NCBI GenBank assembly: GCA_050506795.1
Contig: JBJHCF010000008.1
Coordinates: forward strand, 1-64,000
Source of the DNA: Opitutia bacterium
GTDB lineage: Bacteria > Verrucomicrobiota > Verrucomicrobiia > Opitutales > T3Sed10-336
DNA: 64,000 nucleotides
Direction of reading: 5' to 3'
Below the pieces are notes generated by a model. The model did no database searches and was not told the origin of the DNA. It saw only the letters and a list, made by a program, of their open reading frames with translations. The first letter of the stretch is position 1; the number at the start of each line of letters is the position of its first letter. This document shows, piece after piece, positions 29,611-38,086 of this stretch. The position numbers were made by a program, and so were the translations under genes.

Positions 29611-30426
29611 ATGCAAACAAAACCCACCCTCACAAAGATCGCGGCAGCGGGGATACTCTTTTCTCCCGTCGCTCAACTTGCAGCCGAAAGAGAAACGCTG
29701 TTCGCGGATAACCCGCATATCTCCGTTTCATCGGAATTCGGATTCGCATCGGAATATGTTTTCCGCGGACTCGAACTCGGCGACCGATCGTTTCAAGCCG
29801 GCGTGGAGCTGGATGTGTATGGCATTTACCTCGGTGTCTGGACGAACCAACCCATAGAGAACCAACAGACGGGTGTGATCGACGATCGCATCGTTTATTC
29901 CACGGGATTCCGTCACGATATCCCTGTTTACAGGACGATGGAAGTCGGTTTCGATATCGGACTCAACGTCTACCAGCACAACGATCAACGCGACCGGCTT
30001 CAGAACAGTCCTCTCTTTCCTCGAAGCCATGAATTCTACGTCGGTCTCGGTGCTGCCGATTTCGGCGAATCCATTGGCGTGGCGAACCTCGATACCTCGG
30101 TGTATTACTATCACGATATCGACATTAAGTCGAACGTCTTCGAAGCCGATCTCAGTCAGCATTCCTCGCTCAAAGAATGGGGAATCCCGATCGGCTTCAA
30201 ACCTCGCGCGTTTATCGGAACGCAATTCGGCGAAAAGGACACGCCCGCCTACAACTACTGGGGCGTTGGGCTGGAAGCGCCCGTATCGCTTTCCCGGCAC
30301 TCGGAGATCAGCGCCGGGGTAAGCTACGCCGACGCCTGGAACCAGGAAAAGGATCGAACCTCGGAGAAGTTTCTCGGAAGGGGAGAAAACTTGTGGTGGA
30401 CGGTGGCCTATCGAGCCGCATTCTGA
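29611..30426 (+). CDS. Outer-membrane beta-barrel protein (TorF/TIGR02001-like)
   Basis: Signal peptide, 'SEYVFRG', alternating aromatic strands, C-terminal Phe. Confidence 0.7.
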   Translation: MQTKPTLTKIAAAGILFSPVAQLAAERETLFADNPHISVSSEFGFASEYVFRGLELGDRSFQAGVELDVYGIYLGVWTNQPIENQQTGVIDDRIVYSTGFRHDIPVYRTMEVGFDIGLNVYQHNDQRDRLQNSPLFPRSHEFYVGLGAADFGESIGVANLDTSVYYYHDIDIKSNVFEADLSQHSSLKEWGIPIGFKPRAFIGTQFGEKDTPAYNYWGVGLEAPVSLSRHSEISAGVSYADAWNQEKDRTSEKFLGRGENLWWTVAYRAAF

Positions 30427-30452
30427 GATCCGGAATCAAACCCACCACGTCT

Positions 30453-30484
30453 CGCCCGCGGCCATCCCCGGCCGCGGGCGTTTT
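30453..30484 (+). terminator. Rho-independent terminator
   Basis: CGCCCGCGGCC-ATCCCC-GGCCGCGGGCG followed by TTTT. Confidence 0.85.
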
Positions 30485-30518
30485 GTATCGGCATCACAAT
30501 GCCGCAGGCTCTCGTCTT

Positions 30519-30750
30519 TCACGGAATTTTTGACCACAGATGGCCCAGATGACACAGATCCAAAAAACAGAGGCTTAGTATCTTTGCGCCTCCGCGTCTT
30601 GAACGACCGAAGGGAGTCGGCGCGAGATTTTTACCGAGAGTGTTGAAAACCACTAATTGACGCTAATTCACACTAATCAAAAACCAATCAATAGCTGTAG
30701 TTGTATTTAAGCCATTTATTAGTGCTGACTAGTGAAGATTAGTCGTAAAA
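30519..30750. repeat. Cluster of short intergenic repeats (ACCACAGAT...CAGAT and ACCACTAAT...CTAAT types)
   Basis: ACCACAGATGGCCCAGATGACACAGAT; AACCACTAATTGACGCTAATTCACACTAAT with an inverted partner ATTAGTGCTGACTAGTGAAGATTAGT. Related copies near 49885, 51724 and 52072-52115. Confidence 0.6.
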
Positions 30751-30994
30751 CCAACTCCGGAATTAAGGTTCCCAGTCACTGTGTTTTTCTCTGCCCGGTA
30801 TCTGTGATTTGAGATCGATTCCCGGTTCGAGGTCATCCCGCAAGGCAGGATGCTGCGATCAAGCGCTTTAACCGGGTCGCGTTCAGGCTAGTCTCATTTC
30901 GTGTGACAGTTGCAGGACCCGTGATGACCCAACGTCCCCAACAACATCATTGATCGATTCCCGCTGACCGTTTATAATCCGAAAATAACGATAA

Positions 30995-32773
30995 ATGAAA
31001 GCGAACCACATCGTCGCGTTTCGATCCGGGAACATCTCCGAATTCACCTATTGGGCCGAACACGCCGCCGGACTCAACGCCACACATGTCCTCGTAACCG
31101 AAGACCTGCCGAAAGCGTCCTGGCAATTGGATCGAAGTCGCGATCCCTACCCGGCCTGGTTCATCCACCAGCCGGGGCTCTTGAAGATCTTTCCCTCGGG
31201 AATTTTGAAACCGTTCGTCGATCTCGACCATGCCGAGCGCGTGGCATCGCTGATCGAGGAGCGGTGCCGCATTCTGCGCCGTCTGGGACTGAAGGCCTGC
31301 TATCAGACCAACGAGCCCCAGGTCCTTCCCGAAGAGTTTTTCCGGACGTATCCGGAACTCCGGGGCCCCCGGGTTGACCACCCGCACCGCTCCCGCCTCC
31401 CCCACTTCGCTCCCTGTACAGACCGGCGGGAGATTCTGGATCTTTATTCCGCGGCAATCCGGGCGCTCCTGACCCGCTGCCCCGAGGTCGAGGTGTTTTT
31501 CATGATGACCACCGATTCCGGATCGGGCTTCTGCTGGGCTCCCTCCCTGTACCCGGGAAACAACGGCCCCTCGAATTGTTACGGTGCGGATCCGGATGCC
31601 CGGGTGGTGCGTTTCCTGACAACACTGCAGGAGGCCGGACGGGAAGCGGGGTGCGCGGCCTCCGCGGACCTCGTGGAAATTCCTCCGCGTCCGTGGATGG
31701 TTCCTACCTTCCAAAACCCCGCCGCCCTGGCAGCGCGGCTGCCCCGTGGGCTGGCAGTCAACCACCGGGAGGGACCGGACGGACGCCGCTTCACAGGTAC
31801 GCTGGGGATCGAAGGGCTTTGGTGGAACGCCTTCTATCCGGTCATCGGGGTGCCCCGGCCCGCGGCATTCCTGCGTAAACTGAGCGCGGGGGCGCAAACC
31901 CCGGCGAACTGGCAGGTCGTTTCCTTTAATGACCGGCTGAACAACGAGCTCAATTTCGCCGTATGGAGAGCCTTCAAATCGAACGTCCCGGCCGGCGCGG
32001 TGGAACGTCTGTCTCTGCTGCGAGACGTCGCCGCCGCATCCATCGGCCGGGACAAGGCCAACACCTTGCTCGAACTCTGGCTGCAAATCGACGAAGCCGA
32101 ATCCCTCCTGGAAACACTGGACTTCGGCCCGGTGCTGCTGATGGGGTGCGTCCTCACGCGATGGATCAACCGCCCGTTCGTTCCTTTTCCGGAGGAACTG
32201 CCCGACGAAGACCTCCGCACCTGGAAGCCGTTTCTGCTTCAGGCGAAAAGCGACGCACAGGCCTTCAATCTGGCGGACATCCAGGCCATGCGCATGTTTG
32301 AGGGCTGGGGCTCGCGCCTGATCGTGGAAAATGTGACCGGCCTCGTCCTCCGGAAAATCAACCGAGCGATCTCTCTCGCCGGGGATATCGAAGACACTTC
32401 CATGGCAATCCGTCTCCGCGTGCTGCGTTGTTTCATCCGATGCGTTTCCCACGCGGTGGCCTATCAGGCGCAACTCGATCGCATCAAACAAATCGAGACA
32501 CCTCCCACTGACAACCCGCCGCTCGGAGCCAGGGGAAGCTGGGAACGCGACGATCTTCAAGGGATCGCGCGGCGGGAAATCTCGAATGCGATCGATTTAA
32601 GAGAACTCTGGATCAACTCGACAGAGCCCCTAATCGACATCGCCTCTTCAGCGGAGGAAGAAACCATCACCCAACTCGGCCCGGACCTCCCCGACCAACT
32701 CGCGCGGAAAATCGCCATCATGGACTCCGCGTGGGGCGACTACGACCGCCTCTTCACCCCGCCCAACCCTTGA
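30995..32773 (+). CDS. Hypothetical protein (592 aa), possibly a carbohydrate-active TIM-barrel
   Basis: Long ORF with GC3-biased codons; no motif I can confidently assign. Confidence 0.6.
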   Translation: MKANHIVAFRSGNISEFTYWAEHAAGLNATHVLVTEDLPKASWQLDRSRDPYPAWFIHQPGLLKIFPSGILKPFVDLDHAERVASLIEERCRILRRLGLKACYQTNEPQVLPEEFFRTYPELRGPRVDHPHRSRLPHFAPCTDRREILDLYSAAIRALLTRCPEVEVFFMMTTDSGSGFCWAPSLYPGNNGPSNCYGADPDARVVRFLTTLQEAGREAGCAASADLVEIPPRPWMVPTFQNPAALAARLPRGLAVNHREGPDGRRFTGTLGIEGLWWNAFYPVIGVPRPAAFLRKLSAGAQTPANWQVVSFNDRLNNELNFAVWRAFKSNVPAGAVERLSLLRDVAAASIGRDKANTLLELWLQIDEAESLLETLDFGPVLLMGCVLTRWINRPFVPFPEELPDEDLRTWKPFLLQAKSDAQAFNLADIQAMRMFEGWGSRLIVENVTGLVLRKINRAISLAGDIEDTSMAIRLRVLRCFIRCVSHAVAYQAQLDRIKQIETPPTDNPPLGARGSWERDDLQGIARREISNAIDLRELWINSTEPLIDIASSAEEETITQLGPDLPDQLARKIAIMDSAWGDYDRLFTPPNP

Positions 32774-32828
32774 AGCACCACAAAACGACAAGATTTTTGT
32801 CGAAAGAAGTTTTGCATCCGAGTTGTCC

Positions 32829-35180
32829 TCACAATCCCGATACCCCATCCCCTGCCGAAGCGGTCTGAAACGCTGACAAAGAAGAAATCGTCCTTTCCAT
32901 CCACTGAGCGGCAGCGGCCACCGTGTCGCCGGTCAGCCGTCTTTCCTTTCCAGCCAAAAGAGCGCCCAAAAGCAAACCCAGAAATTCGTCCGGTTCCTCC
33001 GCACTACCGTCCTCCGGCCCTCCCACCCGTCGGATCTCCCGAAGCGTCACCGCTTTGCCAACCAGTTTGGGATCCGACGCTTCGATCCGGCTGCCCGCGG
33101 AAGCCTGCTCCCGTATAAGCGAAAACGGTCGATTGCGAAGCTCCACGCGCCAGGGTAATCCGAGCGTCTTGACTTCGCCTGGACGTCCGGCAAGGAGGCA
33201 GATTCCTCCTGCGACAGACCCCTTGGCGAATGCCGAAGGCCACACCCATTGGTCGACGCCATTGCCGTTCTTTTCCGGCAGCCACAATCGGCCCGTCGGC
33301 AACTCACTTCCCTCCTCCGGCATGATTTCAACAATCCCGTGAAGAGGGATTTCCTCGGAAGACCGATGCCCCAGCCGGTGGAGGTGTTCCCCTAAAGCCA
33401 TCAGTACTTCCGAGAGGGAATTGTCGCCGGAGAGAACCTCGTCCTGCGACAACAAAACGTAGCCGTGTCCGAACTGCCGGATATCCAAACTGATTTCCTG
33501 TTCGTCCGGTCCATTCGCCGGCCGGTCCGGCAACGGGACAAAGGCCCTCCGCACCCGGTCCGCCACGGCTTCGGTCGGACAGTTTATCCGGCACACAATC
33601 GAACCAACGGAAAGCCTTACCCCGACCGCGTCGCGCTGCCGAAACGGACCGACACCGGACGGATCGGGTTGTGCCGCCGCTCGGCCGGCACTCAGCATTT
33701 CCTGCGCCGTCCAATCCGCCAGCAAAGACCAGACCTGGTTTCGGAGGACGGAGGGAGCCACTGCTTGGCCCGCATTCTCGTACCCCTCCGTCAAAGCCTC
33801 GACGATTTCTTCCGGCGACTTGCCTTCCGTGGCCATAAACCAGATCCAGGCCGCCGTGTCGTTGAGATCGAGCAAGCGTCCGTCACTCTCCCTATAAAGG
33901 CAAAGCCGCTCGTTTCGCACGACCTCTCCGACGCGATGGCGCCGCAAAGGACGCGCTTCCGGATTAACACCATACAGCCGCTCGGCCACGGCCACATCGG
34001 CGTAGCGGGGAAAAGGGAAACAACTGAGGGAAAAACCGCTGTCCGCGCAGGGAAAAAGTCTCGTGTAACCACCGCGACGCCGTTCTTCCGCCTCCGTCTC
34101 CTTGATCCACCGCTCCGGCAACGAATCTTCGACGTCGGCCCGATCACGGCCCACCGCCGCCAGAGACAACGTGTCCTCAACCAGGGCGCGTTTATTTTCT
34201 TCTTCCTCTTCTCTTCCATGCCCGCGGGAGGCGCACAGGTCCAGGGAAGGGCTGAGATTGCACTCCATCACCCACGGTTTTAAATCGGCGTCGATCATAC
34301 AATCCACCCCGAGCAATTCGTAACACCCGGTCGGGTCTCCCTTGATTTGACGCGTACGCGCCAAAAAAGTCTCGCGCGCGGAAATCAGGAGCAGGGTCAG
34401 CATCTCGCGGATACGGTGAAACAGGGCATCCCCGTCGATTCCTTCAGCGGCCAGCCATTCCTTGTACTTCTGCAAACTCAAAAACGTCACCGGCGATTCC
34501 ACCCCCGAGTTGGCGGCGTTGATGTCCGGATTGGTCAAATGAGCGAACAAATTGTCCCGGTTTTCAGGATCATAAGGCGCCGAAGCCAGCTTCGCCGACC
34601 CTTCGCGGTAAAGATAAACACGCAGGGGCTCGACCGAGGTCACCAGGACATAAAGGCGCAACACGTACTTGTGCCCCTGATACAGGTGGGGACGCCGAAG
34701 GTACTGCTGAACCATCCATTTATCGTCCAAAGGGACCGCCGCCGGGTCCTCGACCAGCGAAATCCCCTTTCCTTTGGAGGCGTTTTTGGGTTTGAGAATC
34801 CACTCGCTTCGGGGGTCGGCAAAAGCGGCCTCCTGCAAGGCACGATAATCTTCGGGCATTTCAAAAACGGGCGGAACGAAATCAAAGCGGGACGCCGATT
34901 CGCCTCCCCACTCGATTCGCGCCCGCTCCCGCGCCGCCCTTACGGTCGACGCCAGCCGACTTTTTATCGTCAGACAGTGATTCCCCGGAATATGGTTCAG
35001 GGTCATGCCCCGCTTCAGCCGATCGAAGAAGGCGGCGGGCGGCATTCCGGTAAACCAGCAATCGGTCCACCGTTTCTCCGTTCCGGGCTTCGCCCCGCCT
35101 TTTAATAAGGCTTCCTTAAAAAACAAGTCCTGGGCGGGCTTCCGCTTGCCGCCGAGGAAGAAGAGTCGCGGTTGGGACAT
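32829..35180 (-). CDS. Tubulin-tyrosine ligase (TTL/TTLL)-family ATP-grasp ligase fused to a PqqD/RRE domain and a C-terminal domain of unclear function
   Basis: TTL motifs 'NHIPG..LTIK', 'WILKPKNASKGKGI', 'VQQYL', 'KYVLRLYVLV', 'HLTN', 'YELLGVDCMID...PWVMECNLSPSL'. PqqD-like 'LDLNDTAAWIW...SPEEIVEAL...VWSLLADW...EML'. RBS AAAGGAGG. Confidence 0.88.
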   Translation of the reverse strand: MSQPRLFFLGGKRKPAQDLFFKEALLKGGAKPGTEKRWTDCWFTGMPPAAFFDRLKRGMTLNHIPGNHCLTIKSRLASTVRAARERARIEWGGESASRFDFVPPVFEMPEDYRALQEAAFADPRSEWILKPKNASKGKGISLVEDPAAVPLDDKWMVQQYLRRPHLYQGHKYVLRLYVLVTSVEPLRVYLYREGSAKLASAPYDPENRDNLFAHLTNPDINAANSGVESPVTFLSLQKYKEWLAAEGIDGDALFHRIREMLTLLLISARETFLARTRQIKGDPTGCYELLGVDCMIDADLKPWVMECNLSPSLDLCASRGHGREEEEENKRALVEDTLSLAAVGRDRADVEDSLPERWIKETEAEERRRGGYTRLFPCADSGFSLSCFPFPRYADVAVAERLYGVNPEARPLRRHRVGEVVRNERLCLYRESDGRLLDLNDTAAWIWFMATEGKSPEEIVEALTEGYENAGQAVAPSVLRNQVWSLLADWTAQEMLSAGRAAAQPDPSGVGPFRQRDAVGVRLSVGSIVCRINCPTEAVADRVRRAFVPLPDRPANGPDEQEISLDIRQFGHGYVLLSQDEVLSGDNSLSEVLMALGEHLHRLGHRSSEEIPLHGIVEIMPEEGSELPTGRLWLPEKNGNGVDQWVWPSAFAKGSVAGGICLLAGRPGEVKTLGLPWRVELRNRPFSLIREQASAGSRIEASDPKLVGKAVTLREIRRVGGPEDGSAEEPDEFLGLLLGALLAGKERRLTGDTVAAAAQWMERTISSLSAFQTASAGDGVSGL

Positions 35181-35197
35181 GCCGAAAGACTCCTCCT

Positions 35198-35551
35198 TTA
35201 ATGAGAGTCTGCTTCGGCTTCCCCCTCAGCTTCGGCCTCTCCTTCGGCTTCCCCCTCGGCTTCCGCTTCCGCCTCGGCTTCTGCTTCTGCTTCGGCTTCC
35301 GCTTCGGCTTCGGCTTCGGCTTCTCCTTCGGCTTCAGCTTCTCCCTCGGCTTCCGCTTCCGCTTCGGCTTCTCCCTCAGCCTCGCCTTCTCCTGCCGCCA
35401 TCACGTAATACCCGCTTTCCGACGTGAAATCGGAAAGAATGGCATGGCCTCCGGCAACGGCCCCAATGGCAATCACCACCGGGGCTGAAAGGGTCACCCC
35501 TTTGGCCACCAGTTTCTGCAGTTCATTTCGCCGTTTTTCTTCTTCAGACAT
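35198..35551 (-). CDS. Putative precursor peptide: 54-aa leader with a hydrophobic stretch, then 30 x Glu-(Ala/Gly), then DSH
   Basis: Repeat codons vary (GAA/GAG; GCC/GCG/GCA/GCT), which indicates protein-level selection. 17 nt to the TTL start, 12 nt from the DoxX stop. Confidence 0.85.
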   Translation of the reverse strand: MSEEEKRRNELQKLVAKGVTLSAPVVIAIGAVAGGHAILSDFTSESGYYVMAAGEGEAEGEAEAEAEAEGEAEAEGEAEAEAEAEAEAEAEAEAEAEAEGEAEGEAEAEGEAEADSH

Positions 35552-35563
35552 AGTAAAAATCGG

Positions 35564-35974
35564 TTAGGAGTTATTGCCGCGGATAAAAAGGTAGCCGGCC
35601 ACAAGCAAAAGGGTCACCTGAAAACCGGCGCCTCCCATCGGGTGCGTGTCGGTGGGCATCATGTGCCATTGCCCCCAATGAACCATCAGGATCGCCCCCA
35701 ACATGACGGGGAAGACCAGAAACGCTCCGATCCGCGTGATCACGCAAAAGGTGAAACCACCGATCAGAATGAGCGCACCGGCGACGATTTCCGTCACCGC
35801 CACCAATCCGGCGATCGCTTCGGGCAAACCGGTGCCCGCCGAAAATTCGGCGATACCGCCACCCAGGAATTTATCGACCCCGTAGTAGAGAAAAATCGAA
35901 GCCAGCGCCACTCGCAGAAGCCAATGGGCGTGGCGATCCAACGGGGTGTCGGGAGCATTTGTTTGAGAAGTCAT
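35564..35974 (-). CDS. DoxX family membrane protein
   Basis: 'WLLRVALASIFLYYGVDKF', 'EIVAGALILIG...TR', 'MLGAILMVHW', 4 TM helices. Confidence 0.88.
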   Translation of the reverse strand: MTSQTNAPDTPLDRHAHWLLRVALASIFLYYGVDKFLGGGIAEFSAGTGLPEAIAGLVAVTEIVAGALILIGGFTFCVITRIGAFLVFPVMLGAILMVHWGQWHMMPTDTHPMGGAGFQVTLLLVAGYLFIRGNNS

Positions 35975-36091
35975 GGGTTATGGTCGTGGTCGTTTGTCTG
36001 GTGTTCGTTCTAAGAATTAACGACGAAAGTATCGGCGGCTTATTCCGGAATATCGAAATTTTCGGAGCGCTCGCCCCGACAAGCTGCTAAT

Positions 36092-36505
36092 TCACGGAGA
36101 TTCGTCATTCCCGTCGCCGCGGGCGAACATACAGCGAATGAACTCAATTTGATGCCGGCGAAGAAGAAGAATCAGGGCGGCCGCGCACCAATTAGTGGCA
36201 GCGGCAACAGTCATGGGCAGCATCGGACCCGTCAGACCGAGTTCGGTCAGGTGGGCGATGAGGGCGCCGCTCATCACCCCCCAAGTCAGTATCGCCCCCC
36301 AAGGCGCACTGTAAGGGATGAGAAGCAGGACCGCGGCGGCAAGCTCAAGCACGGCAATGAGGTAACGGCCCCCCGGCTCCATGCCTAGCGTTTCGAAAAC
36401 CGCGATGGATTCAGCGTGGCCCGTGAGCTTGGCGGCGGCGGAAGCCCCGAGGATAATGGCCGCCATGATTTGGAGAATCCACGCGCTGAAGATACGGAGT
36501 TTCAT
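36092..36505 (-). CDS. DoxX-like membrane protein
   Basis: 'AKLTGHAESIAVF..LGMEP.GRY', 'ELAAAVLLLIP', 'MSGALIAHL'. Confidence 0.85.
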   Translation of the reverse strand: MKLRIFSAWILQIMAAIILGASAAAKLTGHAESIAVFETLGMEPGGRYLIAVLELAAAVLLLIPYSAPWGAILTWGVMSGALIAHLTELGLTGPMLPMTVAAATNWCAAALILLLRRHQIEFIRCMFARGDGNDESP

Positions 36506-36511
36506 GGAAGC

Positions 36512-38065
36512 TTAGCGTTTTAGCGTTTCGCGGAGGTCGGGCCGCTCGGCAACCATGCGCCAGAGGTTGCTCCCGGTGGGAATGTAGAGGTCGTCGACGG
36601 TCAGTTCACTCGGGCAGACTTTCCCCATGGCGATGGTGAGTTCCTCCAGTTCGTGGCAGGTGTTGTCGATATAGTTCTTGACCCGTACCGCCTTGGCCTC
36701 TGGAACGAGACCGGCCTGAAGTCTCGGGTCCTGGGTTGTAATTCCGACCGGACAGGTGTTGTTGCCACACTCGCGGGCCTGGATACAACCGAGTGCGAAC
36801 ATGAAACCGCGGGCCGTGTAGCAGGCGTCGGCTCCGAGGGCGAAGGCGATGCACTGGCGGCCGGCCTCGACGAGTTTTCCGGCGGCGAAGACGTGCGTTC
36901 GGTCGCGCACCTCTTCACTCTTCAGGATCTGCACGAGGCCGTGAAGAGCGGGAAAGAGCGGCAGGCCGATACGGTCCAGAAAGGCGCTCGGTGCCGCCCC
37001 GGTGCCGCCCTCCCCACCATCAATCGCGATCGAGTCGGGAAAGACGTCCTGCCGCTTCATTTCCACGACCAACGCGTGCAATTCGTCGAATGAGCCGACG
37101 CAGAGTTTGATTCCCACCGGTAGGGCGACCAGCGACTGAACATGACCGATGAACCGGACGGTGGAGGGAAGGTCGACGCACTCGGAGTGATAAGGCGGAG
37201 AAATGATGTCCTCCCCCATCGGAACCTTCCGCAACTCCGCGATTTCCGGGGTGATTTTTTCCTTCGGCAGGAGGCCGCCCTTGCCCGGCTTGGCGCCTTG
37301 GGAAAACTTGATTTCGATCATTTTGACCTGGGGCTTGTCGGCCACTTCGCGGAGTAAGTCGGGGTCGAGCGCGCCGCTTTCGGTGCGAACACCGAACTTG
37401 GCGGTCCCTATCTGGAAAGTCAGATCGGCTTCCTCCATCAGGTGGTACTTCGGGTAACCGCCCTCGCCGGTGTTCATGGTGACCCCGGCCATCGCGGCCC
37501 CCCGCGCCAGGGCGCGGACGGCGTTTTCTCCGAGCGCACCGTAGCTCATGGCACTAATCATCAGCGGACGGGTCAGAGTGTGCGGCCGTTCCACCCCGCG
37601 ACTCTCGCCCAGCGTGAGCCGGAACGGCCGGGCCGCCTCCTTGTGGGTTGGGAACATGGAGTGGCGCAGCTTGATTTCGGTCGCGTCGTAGTCGAGCAAA
37701 CTTCCGAAGGAGGCGGCGGATTCGACGTTCTTGGCCTTGCGGTAGAGGTTGGTCCGTTCCAGGCGATTGAAGGGACGCTCTTCGCGGTCGTTGTTGAAGA
37801 GATACTGGCGAAGTTCCGGGCCCAGGCTTTCAATCAGGTAACGGCCCTGCCCGATGAGACCGAAGTTGCGCAGGAGGGTGTGTTCGCTCTGAACGTAACG
37901 GTAGAAGAGGTTGACAATCAGGAAAAAAAGCGCGGCGACCGTAGCGAAGTGAAAGTAAAAGGAGATCGTGCTGCCAAGCGCGAAAAAGAATGCCGGCAAG
38001 ACAAACAGGGCCGCATTCGTAAACCGAGCCAGCTTATGGAGATCGACGCGAAGTGCTTGTGGCAT
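36512..38065 (-). CDS. FMN-binding glutamate synthase family protein (membrane-anchored, YerD-like)
   Basis: 'ISAMSYGALG', 'NTGEGG', 'EIKFSQGAKPGKGGLLP', 'DGGEGGTGAAP', 'GCIQARECGNNTCPVGITTQ'. Confidence 0.92.
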   Translation of the reverse strand: MPQALRVDLHKLARFTNAALFVLPAFFFALGSTISFYFHFATVAALFFLIVNLFYRYVQSEHTLLRNFGLIGQGRYLIESLGPELRQYLFNNDREERPFNRLERTNLYRKAKNVESAASFGSLLDYDATEIKLRHSMFPTHKEAARPFRLTLGESRGVERPHTLTRPLMISAMSYGALGENAVRALARGAAMAGVTMNTGEGGYPKYHLMEEADLTFQIGTAKFGVRTESGALDPDLLREVADKPQVKMIEIKFSQGAKPGKGGLLPKEKITPEIAELRKVPMGEDIISPPYHSECVDLPSTVRFIGHVQSLVALPVGIKLCVGSFDELHALVVEMKRQDVFPDSIAIDGGEGGTGAAPSAFLDRIGLPLFPALHGLVQILKSEEVRDRTHVFAAGKLVEAGRQCIAFALGADACYTARGFMFALGCIQARECGNNTCPVGITTQDPRLQAGLVPEAKAVRVKNYIDNTCHELEELTIAMGKVCPSELTVDDLYIPTGSNLWRMVAERPDLRETLKR

Positions 38066-38086
38066 GGCGATTGAATGAGGCCGGTT

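Noticed and set aside
35207..35390. Hexamer-like tandem repeat as a CRISPR array or VNTR
   Set aside because: No repeat-spacer structure. It is the codon-varied (E-A/G)30 coding tract.
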